The notes below the pieces were generated by a model. That model was not told the origin of the DNA and made no database searches. It saw nothing but the letters and a program-made list of their open reading frames with translations. Shown piece by piece: positions 1-10,915 of a stretch of DNA of 41,834 nucleotides. The stretch comes from Oculatellaceae cyanobacterium bins.114. Lineage in GTDB: Bacteria > Cyanobacteriota > Cyanobacteriia > Elainellales > Elainellaceae. The stretch spans positions 1-41,834 of the forward strand of contig JANRJA010000219.1 in NCBI GenBank assembly GCA_033764315.1, in the 5' to 3' direction. Both the position numbers and the translations under genes were made by a program. How positions within the stretch are numbered: the stretch's first letter is position 1; every line of letters starts with the position of its first letter.

Positions 1-373
1 CATTAGGGACTCCAACTGCCGTAAATTGAGTGACGTAGATTAAATAGGCAAAAACCAAGTTAGCAATGACGCCAGCACTAATCACGATCGCCCGATCTAA
101 AATAGGTCGGTTTTTTAAGAGATCGGGATCGTTGGGAGGAATTTCGCTATCTGGATCATCGTCTGGAAAGCCAACAAATCCACCCAGTGGAATGGCTCTC
201 AAAGCATATTCTGTTTGAGGGCCTTGATACTTCCACAAAACTGGACCGAACCCAATGGAAAACCGATTGACATGAATTCCTTGGAGACGAGCCGCGAAGA
301 AGTGCCCCATCTCGTGCACCACAATCAGAATAGCGAGAGCTGCGATTGTTGCTAAGGTCGCCGCAAAAGTCAT
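1..373 (-). CDS. rseP: RIP/site-2 metalloprotease RseP (M50 family), 5' part; runs off the window
   Basis: Not in the ORF track; translated by hand from ATG at 373: MTFAATLATIAALAILIVVHEMGHFFAARLQGIHVNRFSIGFGP...RAIPLGGFV...AGVIAN. Contains the HExxH, FSIGFG and IPLGGFV motifs of RseP. Confidence 0.93.
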   Translation of the reverse strand, partial: MTFAATLATIAALAILIVVHEMGHFFAARLQGIHVNRFSIGFGPVLWKYQGPQTEYALRAIPLGGFVGFPDDDPDSEIPPNDPDLLKNRPILDRAIVISAGVIANLVFAYLIYVTQFTAVGVPN

Positions 374-601
374 AAGTCTCGAACATTGCTTAATATGTTC
401 TTACTATTCTAAGGTGCATTTTCTCTAGACAGCCTGAACTGTAGGGAAGGTTTTGTCGCAGAGAGAGAAGAAAGAAAACAGAGGAGAGAGGGTGAGAGAG
501 TAGGAAAGGGGTGGGGAGAGTTTTGAATCATTAGGGTTGAATTCCAAATTATCCAAATTAAAAGATTCCCCTAAAAACTCAAAACTTAGCCCTTCAAATT
601 C

Positions 602-1930
602 TTACCGATTGGCAATGACAGCATTTTGAGGGGGCATGGGATCCACGGCTACCCATCCTTCAGTCGTTGGGGTTTGCACCTCAAAGTGCAGGTGAGGTCC
701 GGTGGAGTTGCCCGTGCTGCCAACCCAACCAATAACATGACCTTGCTCGATTTGAGTACCGGGTTCTACTGCGATTCCTGATAAGTGAGCATAGAGAGTG
801 CGTTGACTGGAGTTGTTGTGTTCTAAGACAATGGTCAATCCATACCCGTTCATGAAATCAGCGGATACGACTCGACCCGTGAGTGCGGCTAACACTGGCG
901 TGCCATAGGGTGCACCCAGGTCAACTCCTGCATGGAAACGGCGATCGCCTGTAATGGGGTGAATGCGCCACCCAAAACGAGAGGTGATTTCAGCCAACAG
1001 GGTCAAGGGATAGGTCATTGTCAATCCTTGAACTGCTTGCATCAAAAGGGGTTGATCATTAAACGCGATCGCGGTTGGACTAGCCGCCACACATTTAGCA
1101 ATATTCCTCTGTACGCGATATTGCTGCGATCGCTCAACTAGGCTATACAACATGTCAGGATATTGCCGTTGCATCGTCAACAGCGGTGTTGCAATCTGGT
1201 CAATCTCAGTTTTGCAAATTTGGGCAGGGGCAGCTTGAAATCGCTGCAAATAATCAACCGGAATTTGATCTCGAACAGTTAACGGAGTTGGGGTAGTGGT
1301 CTCAGATGAAGCCATGTCTGGTCTCTCTGAAGCATTTGCAGCAGAGATTTGCCCTTCTAAAGCATCAATTTGAGCCAGGAGTCCTGCTTGAGACTCTGCC
1401 GACAGAGCCGGGTTTTGAGCAGTACGGCGGGCTTGCCCAAACTCACCCACGTGAGCATAATACAAGGCAGATTTGGTTAAATTGTCACGCAGACGGGCTT
1501 CTCGTTCAGGTCTTTCTTGTTCTACGATGGTGGCGAGGCGATCGCTGAGACTCAGAGGTAAAGCGATTGAGGGGGATGAAGCAGCAGGTGACGTAGCTAA
1601 CGGGTCAGATGTTGCAGTCTCATCCGAAGCCGATTGAGGGAGTTGCTCTGATGGTTCTAACGGAGGCAGCTCACTGGCTGCATTGTCAGTGGATTGAGCC
1701 TGAGGCGGTTGAGAAAACTCTTGCATAGTCGTGCTTTCTGGAGCCGCAATGCTAGCTTGAGCAGGAGTGGGAGTTACCTGTGCATCAGCCTCTGAACGAG
1801 AGCCTTCCGATAGGGTTAAGGGATCAGAGGTGGGATTGGCGATCGCCACGGGAGCAATATAATCCAGAGCAATCGAACTTAGGGCAGCTGTCATTAAAAG
1901 CTGTCCAGCAGGTTTGAGCACACGCTTCAT
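602..1930 (-). CDS. M23 family metallopeptidase (peptidoglycan endopeptidase-like) with signal peptide and low-complexity N-terminus
   Basis: C-terminal ITSRFGWRIHP..HAGVD (HxxxD), YAHL and STGPHLHFE (HxH) motifs. Confidence 0.9.
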   Translation of the reverse strand: MKRVLKPAGQLLMTAALSSIALDYIAPVAIANPTSDPLTLSEGSRSEADAQVTPTPAQASIAAPESTTMQEFSQPPQAQSTDNAASELPPLEPSEQLPQSASDETATSDPLATSPAASSPSIALPLSLSDRLATIVEQERPEREARLRDNLTKSALYYAHVGEFGQARRTAQNPALSAESQAGLLAQIDALEGQISAANASERPDMASSETTTPTPLTVRDQIPVDYLQRFQAAPAQICKTEIDQIATPLLTMQRQYPDMLYSLVERSQQYRVQRNIAKCVAASPTAIAFNDQPLLMQAVQGLTMTYPLTLLAEITSRFGWRIHPITGDRRFHAGVDLGAPYGTPVLAALTGRVVSADFMNGYGLTIVLEHNNSSQRTLYAHLSGIAVEPGTQIEQGHVIGWVGSTGNSTGPHLHFEVQTPTTEGWVAVDPMPPQNAVIANR

Positions 1931-2076
1931 AGGAGGTCGGAACCCTTAAGGGAAATAACAAACAGGATGTCTCCGACACATTACGAATGACATGCATCCC
2001 CATCCGGACAGACAAATTCCTTTAGAGCGAGTTTCAAACAGCATTAATGTTCTGTGAAAGACCCTTAAAACCAGAT

Positions 2077-3357
2077 CTAAAGTACGTTGCGCTTGAGATA
2101 AGGTTGCAACGCTTCCGGAACACGAATGGTGCCATCCGGTTGCTGATAGTTTTCTAAAATCGCTGACATCGTCCGCCCGATCGCCAATCCAGACCCGTTT
2201 AACGTGTGCACCAGTTGAGTGCCCTTTTTGCCTGCTTCTTTAAATCGAGTATTACCCCGTCGGGCTTGAAAATCGAGGCAATTGGAGCAACTTGAGATCT
2301 CGCGATACTTTCCGGCAGAGGGTAACCACACTTCTAAGTCGTAGGTTTTGGTTGCCGAGAACCCCAAATCACCTGTACACAACTCAATCACCCGATAAGG
2401 CAACTGGAGGGCTTGCAAAATACCTTCGGCACTGTGAGTCAGCGTTTCTAACTCTGCCATTGACGTGTCGGGATGGACAAACTTAAACATCTCGACTTTG
2501 TTGAATTGATGCAAACGAATCAAGCCACGGGTGTCTCGTCCATAACTACCTGCCTCCCGCCGAAAACAGGGGGTGTAGGCGCAGTAATAGAGGGGCAACT
2601 CTTCAAGGGTTAACGTTTCGTCGCGATGAAAGCTGTTGATCGGAACTTCAGCCGTGGGGGTTAACCACAGATCATCGTTTTTGCACTGAAAGCTTTCTTC
2701 TGCAAATTTGGGTAGCTGTCCAGAGGCGGTTAAGGATGCTGTGTTGACCAAAATTGGAGGCAATACTTCGGTGTATCCGGCCTGGATATGCTGGTCGAGC
2801 ATGAATTGAATCAGTGCTCGTTCTAACGCAGCACCTGCTCCAATCAAGGTAACGAAGCGGCTTTGAGCAATTTTAGCCGATCGCTCAAAGTTGAGAATAC
2901 CGAGTTTTTCGCCAATTTCCCAATGTGGCAAAATATCAGGATTTTGAGGGATATATTCATCGCCCCAACGTCTCACCTCAACGTTCTCTTCCTCGCTCTT
3001 GCCAACGGGAGTAGACTCGCTGGGCAGATTGGGAATCGCCAGCAAAATCGTCTCAATTTGAGCCTTCAATTCTTTTTCTTGAGGCTCTAACTCACCCAGT
3101 TGGGCTTTGATCTGGTTGCCCTCATCGCGTAATGCTTGAATCTCTGGATCTTGAGGATTTGTGCCAGATTTCATTTTTTGCCCGACCAGCTTACCGATCT
3201 CATTGCTGCGGGCTTGCAGTTGCGATCGCTCAACCTCTAGCGATCGCTGTTGTTGATCCAGCTCTAAAATCGGCTGCAAATCATACCCACCCCCACGCAA
3301 ATTCAACCGTTCTTGAACCTGCTTTGAGTTTTCGCGGATCAGTTTGAGATCAAGCAC
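2077..3357 (-). CDS. serS: Serine--tRNA ligase
   Basis: MLDLKLIR start (GTG), coiled-coil arm, [35 protein letters not shown] and [12 protein letters not shown] motifs. Confidence 0.98.
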   Translation of the reverse strand: MLDLKLIRENSKQVQERLNLRGGGYDLQPILELDQQQRSLEVERSQLQARSNEIGKLVGQKMKSGTNPQDPEIQALRDEGNQIKAQLGELEPQEKELKAQIETILLAIPNLPSESTPVGKSEEENVEVRRWGDEYIPQNPDILPHWEIGEKLGILNFERSAKIAQSRFVTLIGAGAALERALIQFMLDQHIQAGYTEVLPPILVNTASLTASGQLPKFAEESFQCKNDDLWLTPTAEVPINSFHRDETLTLEELPLYYCAYTPCFRREAGSYGRDTRGLIRLHQFNKVEMFKFVHPDTSMAELETLTHSAEGILQALQLPYRVIELCTGDLGFSATKTYDLEVWLPSAGKYREISSCSNCLDFQARRGNTRFKEAGKKGTQLVHTLNGSGLAIGRTMSAILENYQQPDGTIRVPEALQPYLKRNVL

Positions 3358-3446
3358 AATACATCCTCAGTTGCTCAGTTACCATCTATTCTGCCAACTG
3401 ATCAAGATATCATCTCACGATGATTTATGCGGCAGGGTTCGTTATT

Positions 3447-5681
3447 CTAAGGCACATTTACGGGGATCAACGCATTCTCAGGGATATGCCCAACAAACCG
3501 CCCTTCCTCGACTAACATCACCACCAGCCGCAATGACCAATCGGGACCGATCCCATTTAGATCTGCCCACGGAATGGCCACTTCTAAGCACAACTCAAAG
3601 CAGACTTGAGCACCGTGATTTAAGGTTTTCCACTGGAAGTGTTCTCCCGCCTCCTGAAACCACACCTTTTGAGTCAACAAGTTGATCCCCAGGTGATGAT
3701 GGAACAAGTAATTCATTGGAGCATCATCGGGCAGATCAGCGATCGGGGCAGGGCTGTTGTGCATGGTGCGATCGGGGTAGAACCACAACAAATGCAACTC
3801 AGCCGGGAAATCAATACCTGGTCGTGATCCGGCTTTGAAATCGACCCGCAAATACAGATTTAAGTGGTCAACCCCATACCAGATGCGTTGAATCACGCTG
3901 CTCTGGTGCATCGTACCTCGTGCGCCCCCAATTTCAATGCGACCTGCCTTATCCCAATCTTGCTCATCACCGCGACCATCAATCACAGGGTGAATAAAGC
4001 TTTGAGGTTGGTGATCCCCTTGTCCAGTGTGCTCTTCAACGGGACGACGCACATCTGCCGGAACAGGCTCATTTAGTGCCCCGTAGAGGGCTGTGAGATG
4101 TTCTCGAAAGAGCTGATCAAACATGGCGTCTTGGTTAGAAGAGTGCCCCTCACCAAACCACCAAAACCAATCTGAGCCTTCTGCGGCATAGAGTGCCTCC
4201 CACGCTTCAGGATTGTTTTCTTCCGTTGCTTCGGGGTGATTGGCTAAGACCAACCGAGCTTGGGTTAACAAATCCCAGGCCCGGTTTTTAGCGGGGTCGC
4301 CAATCCAGGTTGTAAAGTTGCCATCTACCCAAGAGCCACTGTGCAACTGCTCAGTTGGCAGAGTCGCTGTCGGAGGAAACTGTTCGATGAACTCTGAAAC
4401 CGTCACTAACCGAATGTCTGAGTGTTCGCTCAAGCGTTCATACAAATTCTCCAGGAAGGGTTTTCCATCTAGAGAATAATATTCCCAACAGTTTTCACCA
4501 TCCAGAGCAATCGTCACTAGCCAGGGCTGTTCTAGGGCGGTGGTTTTGTTAGTCTGATGAGATTTAAGAGTCTGGGCGATCGCCTCTAAATGGCCTACTA
4601 AGTCTTTAGCCGCAACAGCAGGCTCCATTGCGCCATAAGTAAAGCCGATCAAATCAGACAAGCGGTGATCGCGAAAGACGATCGCCAAATCGCCCTGCGG
4701 CGTTTCTAAGCGATAGGGGCGATAAAGCAACTCTGGCTCCGAAACGTTGCCACGTCCATCGCGATGAAAGAAATGTTTGATCGTCCAGCCCAAAACGGCT
4801 TCATCTGAGCACAACCAGTTAAAGCCTTGCTCAGCCACATAGGGCAATATCGTTGGACTCACCGATTGCTCTGAGGGCCATAAACCACGAGGAGCACAGC
4901 CAAACCGCTCTTGATACATCTGTTTAGATTTGTGCAGATGCCGGGGAATATCTTCGGCCCATTGAAAACGAGCCTTTGGCAGATTCATTTGGGGAACCGC
5001 CACTCGCCCTGCATTTGTGTCAGCCAATAACGGCAGGATGGGATGGGTATAGGGTGTCGTTGTCACCTCTAGCTGCCCTGCATCTTGCATCTTGCGGTGT
5101 TGGGGAATGATGCGGCTGAGAATGTCACGCTGCTTTGAAAAGATACGCTGGCGATCGCTTAGAGTAAACCCACGGTCTTGTTTGAGCCATTGGGCAACCT
5201 CAGGATCATCCCAAAACAGGGGATCAATCCAGGACAGGTTATGCCATGCCAGCAAGTCGCTATACTCCTGATTGTCCCAGTGCAACAGGCACCACTCTTG
5301 CCCCTTTTCCTGGCGTTGATAGTACAACTCGGCATAGCGAGGATGGGGATCTATCAGCGTGCGATGATTGCCGTCAAAAAAGTGTTGAACTGCAAATTCT
5401 TTTTGTTCTAGGGTCAGTTGTTCGGTAGCGGTCAGAGCAACTGAAAGGTAGGGATCAATCGCCGTTCCAGCAACGTAATCTTCAATTTGCAGAATCAGGG
5501 AAGGCACCAAGTTTACAGTCTGATGCAACTTGGGATATTGCTCTAGCAGCAGCACCAAATCGAGGTAGTCTTTTGTGCCGTGTAGCCGTACCCAGGGCAG
5601 GCGATATTGACGGGCCGTGCGACTGAGATAGAGCGGTTGGTGCTGATGCCAAATAAACGCAACGTAAAGGGGATGGGACAT
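3447..5681 (-). CDS. Glycoside hydrolase family 57 (amylopullulanase-like)
   Basis: WHQHQP, HPILPLL, GLWPSE (nucleophile), ALDGEN (acid/base) and AEGSDWFWW motifs. Start moved to ATG at 5681 (MSHPLYVAF). Confidence 0.92.
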   Translation of the reverse strand: MSHPLYVAFIWHQHQPLYLSRTARQYRLPWVRLHGTKDYLDLVLLLEQYPKLHQTVNLVPSLILQIEDYVAGTAIDPYLSVALTATEQLTLEQKEFAVQHFFDGNHRTLIDPHPRYAELYYQRQEKGQEWCLLHWDNQEYSDLLAWHNLSWIDPLFWDDPEVAQWLKQDRGFTLSDRQRIFSKQRDILSRIIPQHRKMQDAGQLEVTTTPYTHPILPLLADTNAGRVAVPQMNLPKARFQWAEDIPRHLHKSKQMYQERFGCAPRGLWPSEQSVSPTILPYVAEQGFNWLCSDEAVLGWTIKHFFHRDGRGNVSEPELLYRPYRLETPQGDLAIVFRDHRLSDLIGFTYGAMEPAVAAKDLVGHLEAIAQTLKSHQTNKTTALEQPWLVTIALDGENCWEYYSLDGKPFLENLYERLSEHSDIRLVTVSEFIEQFPPTATLPTEQLHSGSWVDGNFTTWIGDPAKNRAWDLLTQARLVLANHPEATEENNPEAWEALYAAEGSDWFWWFGEGHSSNQDAMFDQLFREHLTALYGALNEPVPADVRRPVEEHTGQGDHQPQSFIHPVIDGRGDEQDWDKAGRIEIGGARGTMHQSSVIQRIWYGVDHLNLYLRVDFKAGSRPGIDFPAELHLLWFYPDRTMHNSPAPIADLPDDAPMNYLFHHHLGINLLTQKVWFQEAGEHFQWKTLNHGAQVCFELCLEVAIPWADLNGIGPDWSLRLVVMLVEEGRFVGHIPENALIPVNVP

Positions 5682-5751
5682 AAAGTTGAGGAAGCAACCT
5701 GTTGAATTCACCCAAGCTGATCGTTAAGCAGGCAAAACTTAGCCCAGCTTT

Positions 5752-5788
5752 AAAAATAAACAGGGAACCCTTTTCAGTTTTCCCTGTT
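5752..5788 (-). terminator. Probable intrinsic terminator downstream of the NifU-family gene
   Basis: On the minus strand: stem AACAGGGAA / TTCCCTGTT followed by TATTTTT. Confidence 0.6.
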
Positions 5789-5836
5789 CAAATCCACTAA
5801 CAGTGTAAAGGCAAAATGCATTTCACTAGAGTCAGC

Positions 5837-6076
5837 TTATAAAACTTGCTCAACTTCAGCAATTTCAGGGATAGATTCGCGCAGTTTGCGTTCGATCCCC
5901 ATCTTTAAAGTCATAGCCGAACTGGGACAGGAGCCACAAGCTCCTTGTAACCGCAGTTTTACAATCGGACCATCCAACTCTACGAGTTCTACGTTGCCAC
6001 CGTCAGACATCAGGTAAGGGCGCAGTTCGTCTAGCACCTTTTCAACGTTGTCATTTGTGAGTTCCATCGTTTGCAT
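5837..6076 (-). CDS. NifU C-terminal domain (Nfu-type) Fe-S cluster scaffold/carrier
   Basis: [25 protein letters not shown] (CxxC) motif in a 79-aa protein. Confidence 0.95.
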   Translation of the reverse strand: MQTMELTNDNVEKVLDELRPYLMSDGGNVELVELDGPIVKLRLQGACGSCPSSAMTLKMGIERKLRESIPEIAEVEQVL

Positions 6077-6146
6077 AATTCACCTTGCGATCGATCGCGA
6101 TACTCTACATTGTAACGGTTTACGAAAGGTAATTAGAGACAAATAC

Positions 6147-6797
6147 CTAAACCACAGCAGGTTGCAGCAATGTGACATTAGAAAATGTAAATTCGGTGGT
6201 AATTTGCTTATCCCCTTCGATCGCCCGAATCACACGTTGCGTCAGGATATAGTAATCATCCACTTGTTCATAATTATCTTCAAACTCGCTTTCACCCTTT
6301 TGTTCACCCGTTTTAGCATCGTGATAAACCGAGTGATAACGGTGCGACAAATAGCCCTCGCTGGTGTGATGGGTGCCAAACGTATTAATCGTCACGACCG
6401 TGCCGTGAATATGGCGATGCACAAAACACACTTCGTTTTTGCGAACTTTGTAGCGATCGCCCTCGGCTTTGCCCCCCATTAAAATCTCTACCGCACCTGT
6501 ATCGTCGGTTTCACCATAGGAGAAGGTGTTTTTGCCGTGCGTTTCTTCAAAACTTCTGCGGATACGGTGAATGGCAATCTCCCAGACCTGCTCTGAAATG
6601 GATTGCTTCACTTTCTCATCGTCAATCTCAGAGACTTCCGTACTGAGATTTTCATTCACTCGAACCTTAGCCGTATGAATTTCAGTACCCTGGCGAACGG
6701 TCACATCGGCGGTGTAGCCTGGAAAATTTTTGTCCCAGGTGTAGCGATTTTCATAGGCCGCTCGAAACAAATCGCGGGCCTCTAGTTGCTCTGTCAT
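6147..6797 (-). CDS. DUF3386 family protein
   Basis: ARDLFRAAYENRYTWD..FPGY N-terminus typical of this cyanobacterial family. ATG at 6797 is preceded by AGAGGA. Confidence 0.8.
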   Translation of the reverse strand: MTEQLEARDLFRAAYENRYTWDKNFPGYTADVTVRQGTEIHTAKVRVNENLSTEVSEIDDEKVKQSISEQVWEIAIHRIRRSFEETHGKNTFSYGETDDTGAVEILMGGKAEGDRYKVRKNEVCFVHRHIHGTVVTINTFGTHHTSEGYLSHRYHSVYHDAKTGEQKGESEFEDNYEQVDDYYILTQRVIRAIEGDKQITTEFTFSNVTLLQPAVV

Positions 6798-6905
6798 GGA
6801 TTGTCCTCTGGTATTCAACTTCTAGTGTAGTGAGATGAGGCAGTGGTGGGGAGAGGGAGAGGGAGGGAGGAGGAAAGGATGAAGGATGAAGGGGAAAAGG
6901 AGGGT

Positions 6906-8276
6906 CTACTCGGCATTCAACACCTTCTTCACAATGCCTGCCAATTTATCAGCGGCTCCTGACTCTCCTCGAACGGCACGCAGGCGATCGCGGATCTGTT
7001 CTAGTTCTTCAGGGTGTTCCAGCCAATTCAGGGCAATCTCAGCCACATCTTGAGGTTTGAGCCTGCCGACTAGCTCTGGCACGATCGCCTCCTGTGCCCA
7101 GATGTTAGGCCACGCCAGCAGTCGTGGCTTGCGCAGAAACCACCAGTTAATGGCAGTTGCAAAGGCAGAGCCAATCCCCGGCAAATTAGCTAATAGCCCC
7201 GGCAGCCCATCCCACGCCCGCATTGCATCAGCCTGTTGCATGGGGATCAGCACGATCATCGGAATCGCCAGCGATCCTAGCTCAGCGGTATTTGCCCCAA
7301 CCGTCGTTAGACAAAACTGGCATTGGGCTAACCGCTCATAGGCCGGAAAGTCTAACCACAGGTCAATTTGCAAACCGTCAGTAGTTTTCAGGTAGGGAGT
7401 CTCTGCGTCGTCAACTAACTTTGCCGTAGCTCCCTCAAAGGCGACAATCCAGGGATTGTGTTGAGGATCTGCAAAACGAGCCAGTTCTGATACCTCCAGA
7501 GTTGGTGCAACGGGAATGACAAACCGGGTTTCAGGACGAGCCGCATGAATGCGTTGGGCGATCGCCAATGACAGCGGCAATCCCTGAGCCAGTTTAGCGG
7601 GCTTAGAACCGGGAAGCAGGCCAATTAAGGCAGAGGGGGGAAGGGTGAAGGATGAAGGATCAAGGATCAAGGATGCAGGATGAGTCGTGCTCTCCTCCAA
7701 TTCCTGGCTCCTGACTGTCGATTCCTCTTCTTTCTCTCTTCCTTCTTTCTTTTTTCTTTCCTCTGCTCTCTTGCCCACATCCGCCATCAAGTCCCCTACC
7801 ACCGTGAACTTATGGGCATAACGAGCCGGGGCACGATCGATCAGATCCGGTTTCATCACACCAAAGTAGTCAATCCAGCCATGCCAGCGAGTATCCCACT
7901 CCCCATAGGTGACAGTGCGATAGCCCAACCGCTTGCCAATCAACACGGTATAAAACTGATCGCCACCCAAAAACAAGACAACACCACGATCGCTCCACTC
8001 CCAGTTGGCCGCCGTTTTGCCCCACAGCAAAAATGGAAAGAAGTGCTCAGCCGCTTGAATCCGATCGAGTTCAGGATAAGTTTGAGCGATCGCCACTTCT
8101 TTGCCACTGGCGTTAGGGCAAGGAGAGAGCACCAGCGAGAGCCGCACCTGAGTGCGATCGTTGCCTAATTGCTTTCTCAATGCCTTCACCACAGGTCTTA
8201 CCCAGGTCGTCACTTCCCCTGGGCCATTTGAGAGGATGAGAACATCCAGTGTTTGAGAGGGGCGGGTTTCAGGCAT
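6906..8276 (-). CDS. Lipid-A-disaccharide synthase (LpxB)-like glycosyltransferase with a repeat-derived in-frame insertion
   Basis: ILSNGPGE, LLPGSK, TVGANTAEL and AWPNIWA..IVPEL motifs; ~45-aa low-complexity insert mid-protein. Confidence 0.8.
   Translation of the reverse strand: MPETRPSQTLDVLILSNGPGEVTTWVRPVVKALRKQLGNDRTQVRLSLVLSPCPNASGKEVAIAQTYPELDRIQAAEHFFPFLLWGKTAANWEWSDRGVVLFLGGDQFYTVLIGKRLGYRTVTYGEWDTRWHGWIDYFGVMKPDLIDRAPARYAHKFTVVGDLMADVGKRAEERKKKEGREKEEESTVRSQELEESTTHPASLILDPSSFTLPPSALIGLLPGSKPAKLAQGLPLSLAIAQRIHAARPETRFVIPVAPTLEVSELARFADPQHNPWIVAFEGATAKLVDDAETPYLKTTDGLQIDLWLDFPAYERLAQCQFCLTTVGANTAELGSLAIPMIVLIPMQQADAMRAWDGLPGLLANLPGIGSAFATAINWWFLRKPRLLAWPNIWAQEAIVPELVGRLKPQDVAEIALNWLEHPEELEQIRDRLRAVRGESGAADKLAGIVKKVLNAE
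7640..7683 (+). repeat. Heptamer tandem repeat (GAAGGAT/CAAGGAT x~6) inside the LpxB-like CDS
   Basis: gaagggt gaaggat gaaggat caaggat caaggat gcaggat. The same unit occurs intergenically at ~6875-6891 and ~36974-36988. Confidence 0.8.
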
Positions 8277-8788
8277 GCAGAGGGAAGAAGGAAGAAGGAA
8301 GAAAAAAAGAAGGAAGAGAGAAAAAGAAAGAGAGAAGACGAAATGGCAGGGTTAAAGGACTGCAATGAACTATCGATGAGCACTGCAAACAAGTTGCTTT
8401 CTATCATCCATCAGCGATCGCCCAATTTATCCATTGTTTTGTATTCAGAGGGTATGTTCAGAATTTTGGGTTAGACAGGCTTTGCCTTCGTACCCTCACC
8501 CGTGACTCAAGCACAGGCTAATAGAGTAAAGTCTGCCAAAGAAGACCAGGAAAGCGTTTCAGCTCACTGGAGTGGACTTTGTTAGACTAGCTCACCTTCA
8601 CATGCGGGTGGGTCAGCAAGACAACAGACAAACTTTAATTTACATATCCTATCCATCCAAGGTGAGACTGCTCCTTTTTATCCCTCTTCCCTCTTCCCTC
8701 TTCCTGACCACTAGACCCCGATCCCAGAATTTGATTGAATTTTCGGGTAGGCTCTTAAAGTCATGACATAACAACAGGGTTAAATCCT

Positions 8789-9271
8789 ATGTCTGATTTC
8801 ATTTCTGCTGCCCAAAATGGGGATCTGGTGAGCTTAATGGCTTTGCTCGACAGTGGAACTCCAGTCAACAGTTGCACCGATGAGGGAATCACTGCCCTGA
8901 GCATGGCGGCAGAAGCAGGACATTTTGACGGAGTAGAGATCTTGCTCGATCGCGGAGCCGCAGTCAACGCTGCCGATCATGAAGGATGGACAGCCCTCAT
9001 GGGAGCCGCTGCCGCTGGACATTACGCCATTGTAGAGCGACTGTTAGACAGGGGTGCTGATGTCAACGCTAAAACAAATTTTGGACTGACTGTGCTCATG
9101 AGTGCAGCCGCTCAGGGACACGCTGACATAGTGCATCTGTTGTTATCGAGAGGAGCCAGGTTGGGCGATCGCGACAACAACAATTGGACTGCCCTGATCT
9201 GGGCGGCAGAAGGGGGGCATCAAGCCGTCGTTGATCGATTAAAACAAGCTCGCACCCAGCAAACAGGATAG
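8789..9271 (+). CDS. Ankyrin repeat protein
   Basis: Four to five G/W-TAL..AA..GH..IV..LL..GA repeats. Confidence 0.95.
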   Translation: MSDFISAAQNGDLVSLMALLDSGTPVNSCTDEGITALSMAAEAGHFDGVEILLDRGAAVNAADHEGWTALMGAAAAGHYAIVERLLDRGADVNAKTNFGLTVLMSAAAQGHADIVHLLLSRGARLGDRDNNNWTALIWAAEGGHQAVVDRLKQARTQQTG

Positions 9272-9279
9272 CAACCACC

Positions 9280-10896
9280 ATGCGAAAAATGAATCGTACT
9301 TCTAGCCCAAGAGTTCGCCTGAGCAGATTTCGATATGTCTGCATTGCACTCTTGCTAGTGGGGATTGTCTTTCGGTTTGTTAATTTAGAGCGCAAGGTCT
9401 ATTGGCACGACGAAGCGTATACCTCAATGGAGATCACAGCCCACACTCGCTCTGAGGTTGTGGCAGACCTGTTCACTGAAAAATCCGTAACTCCAGGCGA
9501 TCTGCTGGCCTATCAACAACTCGACTCTAGCCGCACATTAGGAGACATGATCACCGCAATGGGGCGAGAAGATGTGCAGCACCCCCCGTTGTATTACATG
9601 CTCAGCCGCTTTTGGGCGCAGTTGTGGAGCAGCACCTCTCCGCTTGTGACCCGCAGTATTTCAGCCATTCTCAGTTTGCTCATCTTGCCGCTGATCTATT
9701 GGTTGTGTATTGAGTTATTTGACTCATCTCTAACCGGGTGGATTGCCGTTGCCCTGGTAGCCATCTCTCCGTTTCAAGTGCTGTATGCCCAAGAGGCGCG
9801 GGAATATAGCTTTTGGGGTGCCACCATTCTGTTGAGTAGCATCATGTTGTTACGGGCAATGCGAGTCTCGAACCGGGTCAACTGGGCGATGTATGCCGTT
9901 TCCTTAATTATTGCCTTTTATACCTTCATGTTTTCGGGGTTAGTTGCCATCGGACATGGGCTTTATGTCGTGTTTAACGAACGAGTAGATGCCCTTTCAA
10001 TTGCCGGAATTCGGTTTAGCAAACGGGCGATCGCCTATCTCATTGCCTCTTTGGTGGCTGTTATTGCTTTCATACCCTGGCTTTATTTCTTGGTCGTTCA
10101 TTTTGAAAATCTTCAAACCACAACAGAATGGGCGACTGTTTCACTGCCCTATCTGATTTTGCTAAAACTCTGGACGGTCAACTTTAGCCGCGTTTTTATT
10201 GATTTTGATTTCAATCCATTTGCTGAAAATGACTTTTGGGCATACCTCTTGATGCTCCCCATCTTGATATTAGAGATCTACGCCCTCTATTTTGTCTGTC
10301 GCCATACGCCTAAGCGAACTTGGTTATTTATTGTGACCCTGATAGGGGTAACGGCTCTGGGTTTATTACTGCCTGATTTGATCTTAGGAGGACAACGCTC
10401 AGGCACCACGCGATATCTCATTCCTAGCTATTTGGGCATCCAAATGGCAGTTGCCTATCTCATTGCCCGCTGTTTAGAAGCCAAAACATTTTCGCGGCGG
10501 CAATTTTGGCAAGTCATTGCGATCGCCCTTGCCACGATTGGCATTGCTTCTTGTACGCTGAGTGCGGTTTCAGACACCTGGTGGAACAAAGTCGTGAGTT
10601 ATGACCACCCTAAAATCGCCCGCATGATTAACACCAGCGATCGCCCCGTCTTAATTACAGATGCCTATGGAGTCAACCCTGTCAATGCGATCGCCTTGAG
10701 TTACTTATTAAACCCAGATACCTCTCTCATTCTGTTACCTGAAGTTGGAAAATCGCTCATCATTCCAGAGGTGTCAGACTCGTTTACAGACATTTTTCTG
10801 CTCAATCTGCCTGACGTCTTTAGAACCCCATTTGAAACAAAATATGGAGGCAAAGCGGTGCCCGTGATCGGTGACTTATGGAAGTTAGAACGATAA
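9280..10896 (+). CDS. Glycosyltransferase family 39 / PMT-ArnT-like integral membrane protein
   Basis: YWHDE, HPPLYY and AQEAREY motifs; many hydrophobic helices. Confidence 0.88.
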   Translation: MRKMNRTSSPRVRLSRFRYVCIALLLVGIVFRFVNLERKVYWHDEAYTSMEITAHTRSEVVADLFTEKSVTPGDLLAYQQLDSSRTLGDMITAMGREDVQHPPLYYMLSRFWAQLWSSTSPLVTRSISAILSLLILPLIYWLCIELFDSSLTGWIAVALVAISPFQVLYAQEAREYSFWGATILLSSIMLLRAMRVSNRVNWAMYAVSLIIAFYTFMFSGLVAIGHGLYVVFNERVDALSIAGIRFSKRAIAYLIASLVAVIAFIPWLYFLVVHFENLQTTTEWATVSLPYLILLKLWTVNFSRVFIDFDFNPFAENDFWAYLLMLPILILEIYALYFVCRHTPKRTWLFIVTLIGVTALGLLLPDLILGGQRSGTTRYLIPSYLGIQMAVAYLIARCLEAKTFSRRQFWQVIAIALATIGIASCTLSAVSDTWWNKVVSYDHPKIARMINTSDRPVLITDAYGVNPVNAIALSYLLNPDTSLILLPEVGKSLIIPEVSDSFTDIFLLNLPDVFRTPFETKYGGKAVPVIGDLWKLER

Positions 10897-10915
10897 AGAC
10901 ATAGAGATATTGATT

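Noticed and set aside
156-386. 76-aa ORF in the track
   Set aside because: Shadow frame of the real rseP CDS (ATG at 373)
7723-7776. Other long A-free stretches (also ~27297-27340)
   Set aside because: Simple pyrimidine tracts from the repeat family, unlike the G/T-rich coding tract in TIR-GUN4; they do show that A-free runs can arise by other means
8210-8766. Short ORFs in the lpxB-ankyrin intergenic region, and antisense ORFs inside large genes throughout
   Set aside because: Low-complexity or shadow ORFs without recognisable motifs
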